Below, one piece after another: positions 52,169 to 60,394 of a stretch of DNA of 64,000 nt. The notes under the pieces are model-generated. The model ran no database searches, was not told where the DNA came from, and saw only the letters and a list, made by a program, of their open reading frames with translations. Origin of the DNA: a bacterium (lineage in GTDB: Bacteria; Elusimicrobiota; Elusimicrobia; UBA1565; UBA9628); NCBI GenBank assembly GCA_021822495.1, contig JAKAQO010000006.1, positions 20,092 through 84,091 on the forward strand, read 5' to 3'. The number at the start of each line of letters is the position of its first letter. Position 1 is the first letter of the stretch. The position numbers were made by a program, and so were the translations under genes.

Positions 52169-53422
52169 TTAGATGAGAAGTCCCGCGATGGCGGCGCTTA
52201 AAAAGCAGGTGATGGATCCCGCAATCAAGGCGTAAACGCCCAGGCGTGCGAGATCTTTTCTCCGTCCCGGCGCCAGGACTCCGATTCCTCCGATTTGAAT
52301 TCCGATGGACAAAAGATTGGAAAAGCCGCAGAGGGCATAGGCGGCAATGATGCGGGATCTCATGCTTAAAGCCTGGGCGTTTGCGGCTAAAATTTTCGAC
52401 ATATCGGTGTAGGCGACAAATTCATTAAGAATGGTTTTTTCGCCCATCAGATATCCGACGGTTTTACAGTCCTTCCATGAAACGCCGAGTATCCACGCAA
52501 CCGGAGACAAGAGGCGTCCCAAAATAAATTCAAGCCCGATGTCCGGACGTCCAAAATATCCGAAGATTATGTGAAGACTGGCGTTAATCATCGCAAGCAT
52601 CGCCATGAAGGCAATCAGCATCGCGGCCACATTCAGAGCGAGTTTTAGCCCCGTTTCGGCTCCCGATGCCGCCGCCTCCAAAACGTTTGAGTCGCTTCCC
52701 GCGCTGGTTTTAGGAACAAATCCGCTGGTTTCCGGAGTTTGAGTTTCCGGAAAAACGAGTTTTGAAATCACGAGCGACCCAATAGCCGACAAGACGCTCG
52801 CCGCTAAAAGATGCCCCGCGATGTCGGGGATATAGGCTTTGAGAAGACCCACGTAGGCAATCATGACCCCGCCGGAAATAGTCGCCATTCCCGCGACCAT
52901 CACGCAGAAAAGTTCTGATTCCGTCATTTTTTCCAAATAGGGTTTGACCAGAAGCGGGGCCTCGGTTTGACCCATGAAGATGTTGGCAGCCGCGTTTAAG
53001 GTTTCGGCCCCGGAAGTTTTCATGGCGCGCTGCATGAGTCGCGCAAGGAGGGAAATGACCCATTGCATGATCCCCAAATAATAAAAGACCGACATCAGAG
53101 ATGAAAGAAAAATGACGCTGGGGAGAACTTGAAAAGCGAAGAAAAATCCCAGGGAGTTTGTTTGTCCCGGCGGAATGGACAAAGCGCCAAAGACAAATTT
53201 CCCGCCTTCTTCCTGGAAGTTTAAAAGATCTGTCACGAGGGTATTAATCTTGGCAAAGACCCAATGTCCGCTTGAAGTTTTGAGAATAAAAAGGGCGAAA
53301 ACAAACTGAAGCAGAAGCCCCCATCCAACCACGGGCCAGTTTATCTTTTTGCCGCGGCGGCCAATGAGGCGCGCAAGGACAAGCATCGCGATAATTCCCA
53401 AAAAACTCATGACCCTAGGCAT
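52169..53422 (-). CDS. nupC: NupC/CNT family nucleoside transporter
   Basis: Polytopic. Motifs FAFQVLPSVIFLSSLMSVFYYLGIMQW and NIFMGQTEAPLLVKPY are typical of concentrative nucleoside transporters. The ORF is open to 53494. The start is taken at the internal ATG, which gives an ATGCCTAG overlap with the upstream stop. Confidence 0.85.
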   Translation of the reverse strand: MPRVMSFLGIIAMLVLARLIGRRGKKINWPVVGWGLLLQFVFALFILKTSSGHWVFAKINTLVTDLLNFQEEGGKFVFGALSIPPGQTNSLGFFFAFQVLPSVIFLSSLMSVFYYLGIMQWVISLLARLMQRAMKTSGAETLNAAANIFMGQTEAPLLVKPYLEKMTESELFCVMVAGMATISGGVMIAYVGLLKAYIPDIAGHLLAASVLSAIGSLVISKLVFPETQTPETSGFVPKTSAGSDSNVLEAAASGAETGLKLALNVAAMLIAFMAMLAMINASLHIIFGYFGRPDIGLEFILGRLLSPVAWILGVSWKDCKTVGYLMGEKTILNEFVAYTDMSKILAANAQALSMRSRIIAAYALCGFSNLLSIGIQIGGIGVLAPGRRKDLARLGVYALIAGSITCFLSAAIAGLLI

Positions 53423-55013
53423 GGCGAAAATCCTCTGAAGTTTTGGAATGTTTGGAAAAGGAAAGCGCGAAGAAAATGACGGCCAAAAGGGCATAGGCCT
53501 CGGAAAACTGATAGGGAATTTGATTGGCGGGATAAGGCAGTGTCCAGGGCCAAACCATCGCCCCGTCTAAAGAGGCGGAATGAATGACTCCGAAAAATGA
53601 TAAGAAAGACAAAAGAGCCAAGTAGAAAGACGAGCGCTTAAGTTTCCCGTCGATCATCTCGGCCACAAAAGCGCCCCAGAGCATGGCGGTCAAAATAAAT
53701 CCGTTTCCCAGAGCCGTGATGACAAGAACCTCCGGCAATCCCTTGCCGACGGAAGACATGAGAGTCTGGAGCTTCTCAGGGCTAATCCAGTCGGGATTGG
53801 AAATTTTAATTTGGATAAGTCTCGCGACGGTGGGAAAATAAGAGAAAGCGACGGCGGGGGCGTGTTTGGCCGGACAAGCGAGAAAGGCCTGGCAGATAAT
53901 GTCTAGCGCCACGAAAATCAAAATCGGCGCGATGACCGCGCGAGGGATGAGTTGAACAATCGCGCCTAAGTATCCCAAAATTCCCCCAAGGCCGATAAAA
54001 AGCCCGGTGAGAAGGGTGTAGCCGGTTTTACTTCCCATGTGTTTATAGGCGGGTTGGCCGATATAGGGCGTTGATTGCGCGACGCCGCCAAAAATTCCGG
54101 CAATTAAGGTCGCGACGGCCTCGGTTAAAAGAATATCCCGCGTGCTAAAATCATCTCCCGCGACCCTGGCGCTTTCAGTGACGTTGATTCCGCCGACGAC
54201 GGTTAAAATTCCAAAGGGAAGAGCGATGGGGAGATATTTGAGAGAAGGAATGAAGCCGTGGACAAATCCCAAAGTGGGGAGCGGAAAACCGAAATGAAAG
54301 CTGATGTTGGGAGAAGCGTAATGCCCGCCGATAAATCCGTGGGGAGCTAAGAGATAATAGAGAAAAGTTCCAAGTCCGATTGCGGTCAAAACTCCGGGAA
54401 AATTCCATGGCAGTTTTTTATGGGCGACCAGGGAGTAGAGAATGAGGCCCAGGGACAAAACGCCGACCAGGGGCATTCCAAAAACCTCGGCCAAGGGAAC
54501 AAATCCAATGAGGGCCAGTCCAATTCCGGCCAAGGATCCCAAAAGCCCCGCCTGCGGCACCGCTTTTCTAATCCAATCGCCGAAAAAAGAAAGAATCAGT
54601 TTTAAAACTCCAATTGAAATCATGGTCGCCATGCCGATTTGCCAGGCTTGGGTCGCCGCGTCTTGGGGAGACAAGCCTTGATTTTTAAGCGCGATAAAAG
54701 ACGGCCCCAAGACCGTCAAGGCAATTCCAATGGTTGAGGGCGTATCCAGCCCCAGCGGCATGGCCGTGACGGAGTCTCTTCCGGTTTTTTTCGCCAGCCG
54801 ATAAGCCATCCAGGTATAGACCAAATCGCCAAAAAGAACGCCCAGGGCCGTTCCCGGAAACATTTTTCCATAGACGATGTTCTCGGGGAAATGAAATCCA
54901 AAAATCAAGATTCCGGCCAGAAAAGAAAGGACCGTCAGATTGTCGAAAGCGAGACCAAAAAACCCGTTTAAATCTCCGATTCCGATTAAATCGCGCGCGG
55001 ACTTATTTCCCAT
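53415..55013 (-). CDS. Putative NCS2/AzgA-like nucleobase permease
   Basis: 532 aa with about 12 or more TM helices. General resemblance to xanthine/uracil/vitamin C permease-family proteins. It is adjacent to nupC. The family was not verified. Confidence 0.55.
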   Translation of the reverse strand: MGNKSARDLIGIGDLNGFFGLAFDNLTVLSFLAGILIFGFHFPENIVYGKMFPGTALGVLFGDLVYTWMAYRLAKKTGRDSVTAMPLGLDTPSTIGIALTVLGPSFIALKNQGLSPQDAATQAWQIGMATMISIGVLKLILSFFGDWIRKAVPQAGLLGSLAGIGLALIGFVPLAEVFGMPLVGVLSLGLILYSLVAHKKLPWNFPGVLTAIGLGTFLYYLLAPHGFIGGHYASPNISFHFGFPLPTLGFVHGFIPSLKYLPIALPFGILTVVGGINVTESARVAGDDFSTRDILLTEAVATLIAGIFGGVAQSTPYIGQPAYKHMGSKTGYTLLTGLFIGLGGILGYLGAIVQLIPRAVIAPILIFVALDIICQAFLACPAKHAPAVAFSYFPTVARLIQIKISNPDWISPEKLQTLMSSVGKGLPEVLVITALGNGFILTAMLWGAFVAEMIDGKLKRSSFYLALLSFLSFFGVIHSASLDGAMVWPWTLPYPANQIPYQFSEAYALLAVIFFALSFSKHSKTSEDFRHA

Positions 55014-55019
55014 TCGTAA

Positions 55020-55025
55020 ATTCTA
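55020..55025 (-). promoter_or_regulatory. Candidate -10 box (TAGAAT), 6 nt upstream of the permease ATG on the minus strand
   Basis: The minus strand reads TAGAAT-ttacga-ATG (ATG at 55013-55011). There is no SD. Confidence 0.3.
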
Positions 55026-55106
55026 CCTGATTTTGGGTGAAAGAGTGTGGGACTCTATAATTTAAAATCCATTCTCCCGACCGTAAGATTATGAAGAAGG
55101 GGACTG

Positions 55107-55115
55107 TGATATAAT
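55107..55115 (+). promoter_or_regulatory. Candidate extended -10 promoter (TGATATAAT), 7 nt upstream of the gmhA ATG
   Basis: TGATATAAT 55107-55115, gap aaaagcc, ATG 55123. It is preceded by a half copy of the GGGGACTGT palindrome. Confidence 0.45.
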
Positions 55116-55122
55116 AAAAGCC

Positions 55123-55716
55123 ATGAATAAAACCGATAGCCGTATTGCCGAAGAACTAAAAGAAAGCGGGCGCGTCATTTCCGAGTCCGCTCAAATGGCT
55201 TCCTTGCTTGAAAAAATAGCGGAAGAGTTGGTGTCGTGCTACCGCCGAGGAAATAAGATTCTGACTTTCGGAAACGGCGGTTCTGCTTGTGACGCCCAAA
55301 ATTTCGCCGATGAACTGGTCGGCCGCTTTGAAAGAAATCGTCCGCCGCTTCCGGCCTTAGCTTTGACGACCAATACCTCAGATTTGACTTCAATCTCGAA
55401 TGATTTCGGCTATGATGTTGTTTTTGCCCGGCAGCTTGAAGCCCACGCAAAACCCGGCGATATCGCGGTCGCGATATCAACATCAGGAAATTCCAAAAAT
55501 GTTCTCTTGGCGGCGGAAGCGGCCAAAAAATTGGGGCTTTTGGTGATTGGCCTTTCCGGAGAAAGCGGGGGGAAACTTAAAAACCTTGCGGATTTTTGCG
55601 TTTGCGTTCCCTCCAAAACGGTCGCGCGCATCCAAGAGGCGCATATCGCCATTATCCAAATTTGGTGCGGGATTATCGAAGATTCTCTTTTCCCAAACGC
55701 CCCGAAAGCTCACTGA
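55123..55716 (+). CDS. gmhA: D-sedoheptulose-7-phosphate isomerase (SIS domain)
   Basis: 197 aa. Motifs FGNGGSACDAQNFADEL and ISTSGNSKNVL are typical of GmhA. Confidence 0.9.
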   Translation: MNKTDSRIAEELKESGRVISESAQMASLLEKIAEELVSCYRRGNKILTFGNGGSACDAQNFADELVGRFERNRPPLPALALTTNTSDLTSISNDFGYDVVFARQLEAHAKPGDIAVAISTSGNSKNVLLAAEAAKKLGLLVIGLSGESGGKLKNLADFCVCVPSKTVARIQEAHIAIIQIWCGIIEDSLFPNAPKAH

Positions 55717-55717
55717 A

Positions 55718-56182
55718 ATGGGGGAAATTGTCTCTTTAAAGAGAGCGGTTAAAATCCGTGAAGCTCTCAAGAAAAAACGCAAGGTGGTCGTTTTTACCAA
55801 CGGGGTTTTTGATATCTTGCACTCCGGGCATATTCAGGTTCTATCCCGTGCCAAAAAAATGGGAGATATCTTGATTTTAGGCCTTAATCAAGATGAGTCA
55901 GTTCGCTTGCTTGGAAAAGGTCCGGGGCGGCCTCTCAACCCCTTTCGAGATCGCGCAATAGTTTTAGCGGCTTTGTCTTCTGTTGATTATGTCGTCGGCT
56001 TTAAAGAACAAACCCCCGAAAAACTGATTCAAGCCCTTAGACCCGATATCCTGGTTAAAGGCGCCGATTATAAAAAAAGCCAGATCGCCGGGGCTCTCTT
56101 TAGCGGAAAAGTCGCTCGAATCTCGCTTAAAAAGGGTTACTCGACCACGGCCCTCGTCAAGAAAATTCAGGGATTGGCCTGA
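55718..56182 (+). CDS. hldC: D-beta-D-heptose 1-phosphate adenylyltransferase (RfaE domain II-type, stand-alone)
   Basis: 154 aa from ATG 55718. VVFTNGVFDILHSGHIQVL is a cytidylyltransferase HxGH motif, and the sequence resembles the E. coli HldE C-terminal domain as I recall it. The longer ORF from 55547 overlaps gmhA and is rejected. Confidence 0.85.
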   Translation: MGEIVSLKRAVKIREALKKKRKVVVFTNGVFDILHSGHIQVLSRAKKMGDILILGLNQDESVRLLGKGPGRPLNPFRDRAIVLAALSSVDYVVGFKEQTPEKLIQALRPDILVKGADYKKSQIAGALFSGKVARISLKKGYSTTALVKKIQGLA

Positions 56183-56712
56183 GTTTGACTCGCTTCCGTT
56201 TCTTTGTTTTTTGATTTCTTAATCTTTTTGGTTTTCTTCGCGGTTTTTTCGGCCTTGGACTTCTCCTTGAGATTTAATTTTTGGAGCTCCGCGATTTTTC
56301 CTTCCGCCTTCTTAACGTCCTTTAGGAGCGGGCTTGAGGGATGAGATTTTTCAAACGAACTTAAGTCGGCTTGGGCTTCCTTGAGTTTTCCGGAAACGAC
56401 TTCCTTGACGGCGGCAGCGAATTCTTTTTTTTCGTTAAGAATCTCTTCTTTTTGGGAGATATTTGATTTTGCCCAGGTTGGCTGGTTGATATCGGCGAGA
56501 TTTTGTTTGCTTCCCCTGACCGCGGCGACCGCAACCAGGTTGTCTCTGTTCTCGTAATTTTGGCTGACCGAGGATTCGGAGAGGCTTTGTTCCAATTGAG
56601 AGAACCAATTCATCAACATGGTTGTGGTTGATTCCGGCTTCTTTGGTTCATCCGCTTTAAGCGAACCGGCGGCAAGAATGCCGCATGCCATTGCGATAAT
56701 TATTTTTTTCAT
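56167..56712 (-). CDS. Hypothetical secreted coiled-coil protein with a Lys-rich tail
   Basis: 181 aa with a signal peptide. The C-terminus is KSKAEKTAKKTKKIKKSKNKE. Its ATG overlaps the stop codon of the upstream giant gene by 4 nt. Confidence 0.45.
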   Translation of the reverse strand: MKKIIIAMACGILAAGSLKADEPKKPESTTTMLMNWFSQLEQSLSESSVSQNYENRDNLVAVAAVRGSKQNLADINQPTWAKSNISQKEEILNEKKEFAAAVKEVVSGKLKEAQADLSSFEKSHPSSPLLKDVKKAEGKIAELQKLNLKEKSKAEKTAKKTKKIKKSKNKETEASQTQANP

Positions 56713-59700
56713 GGGTTTCCCTCCTGAAAGTTCTTCACTAGAATTTCTACTTCCGGTCCGTAAGAAGGATCAATTTCCTTGATTTGCCTGGCGGCTTCGG
56801 AGACTTTACGCGCATTTTTAAGATGGATTTCCGTCTTTAAGAAATTCATCCAGATATCAGGATTTCCGGGATCGTTTTTTGCGGCCTTTTTGTACCAGCG
56901 CTCGGCTTTGCTGTAGTGGCGTTTTAGAAAATCGATATTTCCCAGATCATTGTAGGCGGCCGCGCTGGTTGAGCTTATTGCCAGAACGGATTTAAAACTC
57001 TTCTTGGCTGCGCTGATGTTTCCAGCTTCGTAATCCCAGATGCCCAAGGCCAGACGAGGATCAATGAGAGAAGGGTTTTTTGAAATCTTTTCTTTCAGCC
57101 TTTTCCGGATTGAATGATAGGCGGCATGGAAAAGAGCCTTCGAGCTTTCTTTGACAAACTTATCAACCGTTTCCATATTTGGGATTTCCGCTTTCCATTG
57201 GGTGGGTGGCATGGTGACAGGCTCATAGGTTTCCCAGGCTTTACGAACATTTATGATATGGACGTCGCCTTTTTTCACTTCGGCGCTATAGGCGTAGGCG
57301 GCGTTTCTCACTGCGTCGAGAAAAGGCTTTCCGATGAGGGTAGATTCAACCGGAACCCAATAAGTGCCTTGATAATTGACTAAGCTGTCCTTGGGAAATC
57401 CGGCGTCGGTCCAGGAAGAGGCGTGTGTGTCGAACATAAAAGCCATGTGCCCCGGGTAATCAATAATAGCCGTGCGGACGTTTGCCGCGTCCAGCATTGA
57501 GATAAATAGCGTCGTCAGATCATCGCATTGCCCGCTTTTGTGCTTGAGGGTTTCCCGGGGAAACTGCGCGTAGTCCACGGGAAAATTGGGATTGGTTGAA
57601 GTTTTTTCAAAGGAGTTTGTCGGGTTTTCTAGGTACTGCATTCCGTAAACTCCCAGGGTTTCCCACAAACGCATGGCCTTTAACACATTCGAATTAAGGG
57701 AGGACTCAATGGGGAAATCTTCCTGATGGTGGAGAACTGCTCTTTCAAAATCAAAGACAGGCGTATCGTTGGGGGTGATAAAGTTGGCGATTCGGCGCGG
57801 GTCTTGCCAGGTGATGGCGTTTCGGGAATAAACTGTCAAGGGCTCTGAAAGCGAAATGGTCTTCTTTTTATTTTTTTCAAAATAAGTGAGGGTCAGTTTC
57901 GCTTGGACGGGCGTTTCCTGTGTGACATTTAGGATGGTGTTGTTGAGGGTGGCAATGAGAGGAATCGCGACAGAGCTTGCCGGGTCCAGCTTTTTAATCC
58001 GCATATCATAGCCGAAATCCATATAATTTTTAATTTGGAAGCTCAGCTTGAGGTCTCGAAATGGAACCTCGGAATTATTGGTGATGGTGGCCGAACCAAC
58101 GGGATGTTTTAAATACCACTTATAGTTGGCTGGAAAGATGGGAGACAATGTGACTGAGGAAATGGAAATTTCTGGGCGGTTGGCGGTTCCGCCTGCGATT
58201 GCTTTAATCGCCCAACTTTGAGAGCCGATATCTCCGGTTTTGGCCTCGGTCGCCAGTCGATAGTAATAGATTTGGCCGGTTTGAACGCTTGAATCGGTAA
58301 AGCGGGTTTTATCGGTCGCTCCAATTTTGAGAAAGTCTCCGTAGCGTTTGTCGGAGCGGTAAATCAGGTAGTCCTTAGTCCAGGAATTTTTGACTGGATT
58401 CCAGGAGATTTCAACTGTTCCTTCCTTAGGGGCGCTGGAGATTGAAAGCGGGGCCGATAAGTAGGGATGAATATGGAAAGAGAGAATATGATTCTTTGAG
58501 CGATCGGATATCATGAGAAGCTGTTTGTCAACGGATAGAGAAACCGGGTCTCCAATAAGGCTTCCGGAAAAGAAATCCATGATCCAGCGTCCATTGGTTG
58601 AAAAAACGGAGACGCGTTTAAGTTCATGGTCCAAAACGTAGAGGTAATTTTCCCCGTCAAACGCCAAGGCCGTGGGGTTTTCAAATTTCCCCGGTTTTTC
58701 TCCAATTTCTCCCCAAGAGCTAATGAGTTCTCCGGAAGGGCCGCATTTGAAGACTTTTTTAAGTTCTTTGTCCAGAAAATACACAAATCCCGCGCTGTCC
58801 CAGGCGACGGAGACCGGCTTTTGAAGTTGAAAATTGCCTAGTTTAGGGCCGATAGAAAAGAGATAAACCCCATCCGGCGTATAGGCGTCAACCCTGTGAT
58901 TTCCTGGATCTGCGATATAAAGAGTTCCGGCTCCGTTGATGGCAAGTCCCTCTGGGTATCGAACGCGACCTTCTTTGGAAAGGCCGTCAAACCAGCCGCT
59001 TGGTTCCGCGATGTTTTTGTCCCATTTCCATGAATTTGTGGAGGCTTGAACGAAATGCTCAATGCGGTGCCTTGGGGCATCCGCAACATAAAGCCCAAGA
59101 GAGGGATCGACGGCCAAGCCAGTTGCTTTCCAAGTTTGGTCTTCTTTTTTGCCCTTGTTCCCAAATTGGGACAAAACGTTTCCGGAAGAATCCAAGACAT
59201 TGAACGCGCCTTTCTTTGGCAAGTAGAGATAGGTTTGGGGTTGGCTGAGCAGGAGGGGATTAGCGGAATAGTTCCAAACCGAATCAGGTCCGGAAGGGAA
59301 TAGTTTCGTGGTCGCGCTGGGGTGAATGGGACGAACTTTAAACTTGTTGATGACAGAAACTAAATCAACGGTCTTTTTCCCGCTGTCAAGAAGAACCAGA
59401 TTACCTTTCTGATCGATGGCAATAGAATTTAGTCTTTGAAATTGCCCGGCGCTGTTCCCGCGACTTCCAAAATGCCCCAGCTCGGCCCCATCCGGGCCCC
59501 ATTCTGTGATCCTTCCAGTGGCTGGGGATATCCCATAGATGAATCCGTAGCGATCAACCGCGAAGTCTGTTCCTTTAAAAGGGATAGCGCGTAAAAAATG
59601 AGCGGAAGGATCAAATTCTTCGATGCGCTCGTTGGAATGGTCCAAAACATAGATAGTATCGGAGGCGTCCACGGCGATCTTGTCGGGTCTCGACCATTCC

Positions 59701-60203
59701 CCGGGGAGATCGCCTTTTTTCCCAAACCAAAAGAGAAAGAGGCCATCGGGAGTAAAGACTTCAATTTTTCTAGTTCCTCTGTCGGCGACATAAATTCGGC
59801 CATCGGCTCCGATGGCGATTGAAGAGGGATCGTCAAATTGTCCCGCGCGAGAACCGGGAACACCCAAGGAAAATAGAAATTTTCCATCGCGGTCATAAGC
59901 CCTGAGGAGAGAATTTCCGGTATCTGCGATGTAAATCTTATTTGAGGCAATGGCCAATCCTTCCGGATCGCTGAGTCGTGGAGTCTTAGGGGTCGAGAGA
60001 GCGGTTAGAGTTCCATTTTTTTTGTAAACGAGGAGGCGGCCTTTTTCATCCAAGATGTAATATCGACCGAGTCCGGCGCGGACGGCGATCGGCTTTTTTG
60101 CTTCTGCAATGGAAAAAGACGGCAAAAAATGCACCGTATCGTAACTCCAGGAGGTCATGGGTAAAAATGCCAGCGCGCAAGTAAGAATGGTTTTTATTTT
60201 CAT
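56709..60203 (-). CDS. Giant exported NHL-repeat / fibronectin-III / transglutaminase-like / TPR protein
   Basis: 1164 aa with a signal peptide. NHL-type blades span aa ~30-580 (recurring motifs such as P.GIA.D..G.IYVAD..N.RI..F). An FN3-like segment is at aa ~585-670 (EISWNPV...YLIYRS...YYYRL). The transglutaminase core has Cys893 (KSGQCDD) and His919 (YPGHMAFMF). C-terminal TPR repeats follow. Confidence 0.75.
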   Translation of the reverse strand: MKIKTILTCALAFLPMTSWSYDTVHFLPSFSIAEAKKPIAVRAGLGRYYILDEKGRLLVYKKNGTLTALSTPKTPRLSDPEGLAIASNKIYIADTGNSLLRAYDRDGKFLFSLGVPGSRAGQFDDPSSIAIGADGRIYVADRGTRKIEVFTPDGLFLFWFGKKGDLPGEWSRPDKIAVDASDTIYVLDHSNERIEEFDPSAHFLRAIPFKGTDFAVDRYGFIYGISPATGRITEWGPDGAELGHFGSRGNSAGQFQRLNSIAIDQKGNLVLLDSGKKTVDLVSVINKFKVRPIHPSATTKLFPSGPDSVWNYSANPLLLSQPQTYLYLPKKGAFNVLDSSGNVLSQFGNKGKKEDQTWKATGLAVDPSLGLYVADAPRHRIEHFVQASTNSWKWDKNIAEPSGWFDGLSKEGRVRYPEGLAINGAGTLYIADPGNHRVDAYTPDGVYLFSIGPKLGNFQLQKPVSVAWDSAGFVYFLDKELKKVFKCGPSGELISSWGEIGEKPGKFENPTALAFDGENYLYVLDHELKRVSVFSTNGRWIMDFFSGSLIGDPVSLSVDKQLLMISDRSKNHILSFHIHPYLSAPLSISSAPKEGTVEISWNPVKNSWTKDYLIYRSDKRYGDFLKIGATDKTRFTDSSVQTGQIYYYRLATEAKTGDIGSQSWAIKAIAGGTANRPEISISSVTLSPIFPANYKWYLKHPVGSATITNNSEVPFRDLKLSFQIKNYMDFGYDMRIKKLDPASSVAIPLIATLNNTILNVTQETPVQAKLTLTYFEKNKKKTISLSEPLTVYSRNAITWQDPRRIANFITPNDTPVFDFERAVLHHQEDFPIESSLNSNVLKAMRLWETLGVYGMQYLENPTNSFEKTSTNPNFPVDYAQFPRETLKHKSGQCDDLTTLFISMLDAANVRTAIIDYPGHMAFMFDTHASSWTDAGFPKDSLVNYQGTYWVPVESTLIGKPFLDAVRNAAYAYSAEVKKGDVHIINVRKAWETYEPVTMPPTQWKAEIPNMETVDKFVKESSKALFHAAYHSIRKRLKEKISKNPSLIDPRLALGIWDYEAGNISAAKKSFKSVLAISSTSAAAYNDLGNIDFLKRHYSKAERWYKKAAKNDPGNPDIWMNFLKTEIHLKNARKVSEAARQIKEIDPSYGPEVEILVKNFQEGNP

Positions 60204-60394
60204 GATAAAATGAGCATATCAATTTTTTAAGCGCTCTAAACCATTGTTTAAGTCAAAAAGAGTATAACAGAGGAAATGGGTTTTTTCAATAGAAATTTAA
60301 AAAATGTCAAGGACTTCAATAAATTAGTTTTCCTCTTGTCAAAAAAGCTAGAATATTGCGAATTCTGAATAAACAGGGAATAGAGGGAACGAAT

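Noticed and set aside
53415-53494. 80-nt overlap between nupC (ORF open to 53494) and the upstream permease
   Set aside because: This is resolved by using the internal ATG at 53422, which gives an 8-nt overlap. The extra 24 codons (MPFWPSFSSRFPFPNIPKLQRIFA) do not look like part of a transporter. When I counted bases by hand in lines 53401-53493, my positions were 1 nt off from the ORF track, so the coordinates here follow the ORF track.
55547-56182. The 211-aa ORF version of the adenylyltransferase gene, which overlaps gmhA by 170 nt
   Set aside because: The N-terminal 57 codons are translated out of frame over gmhA and have no family similarity. The ATG at 55718 gives a protein that begins where RfaE domain II homology begins.
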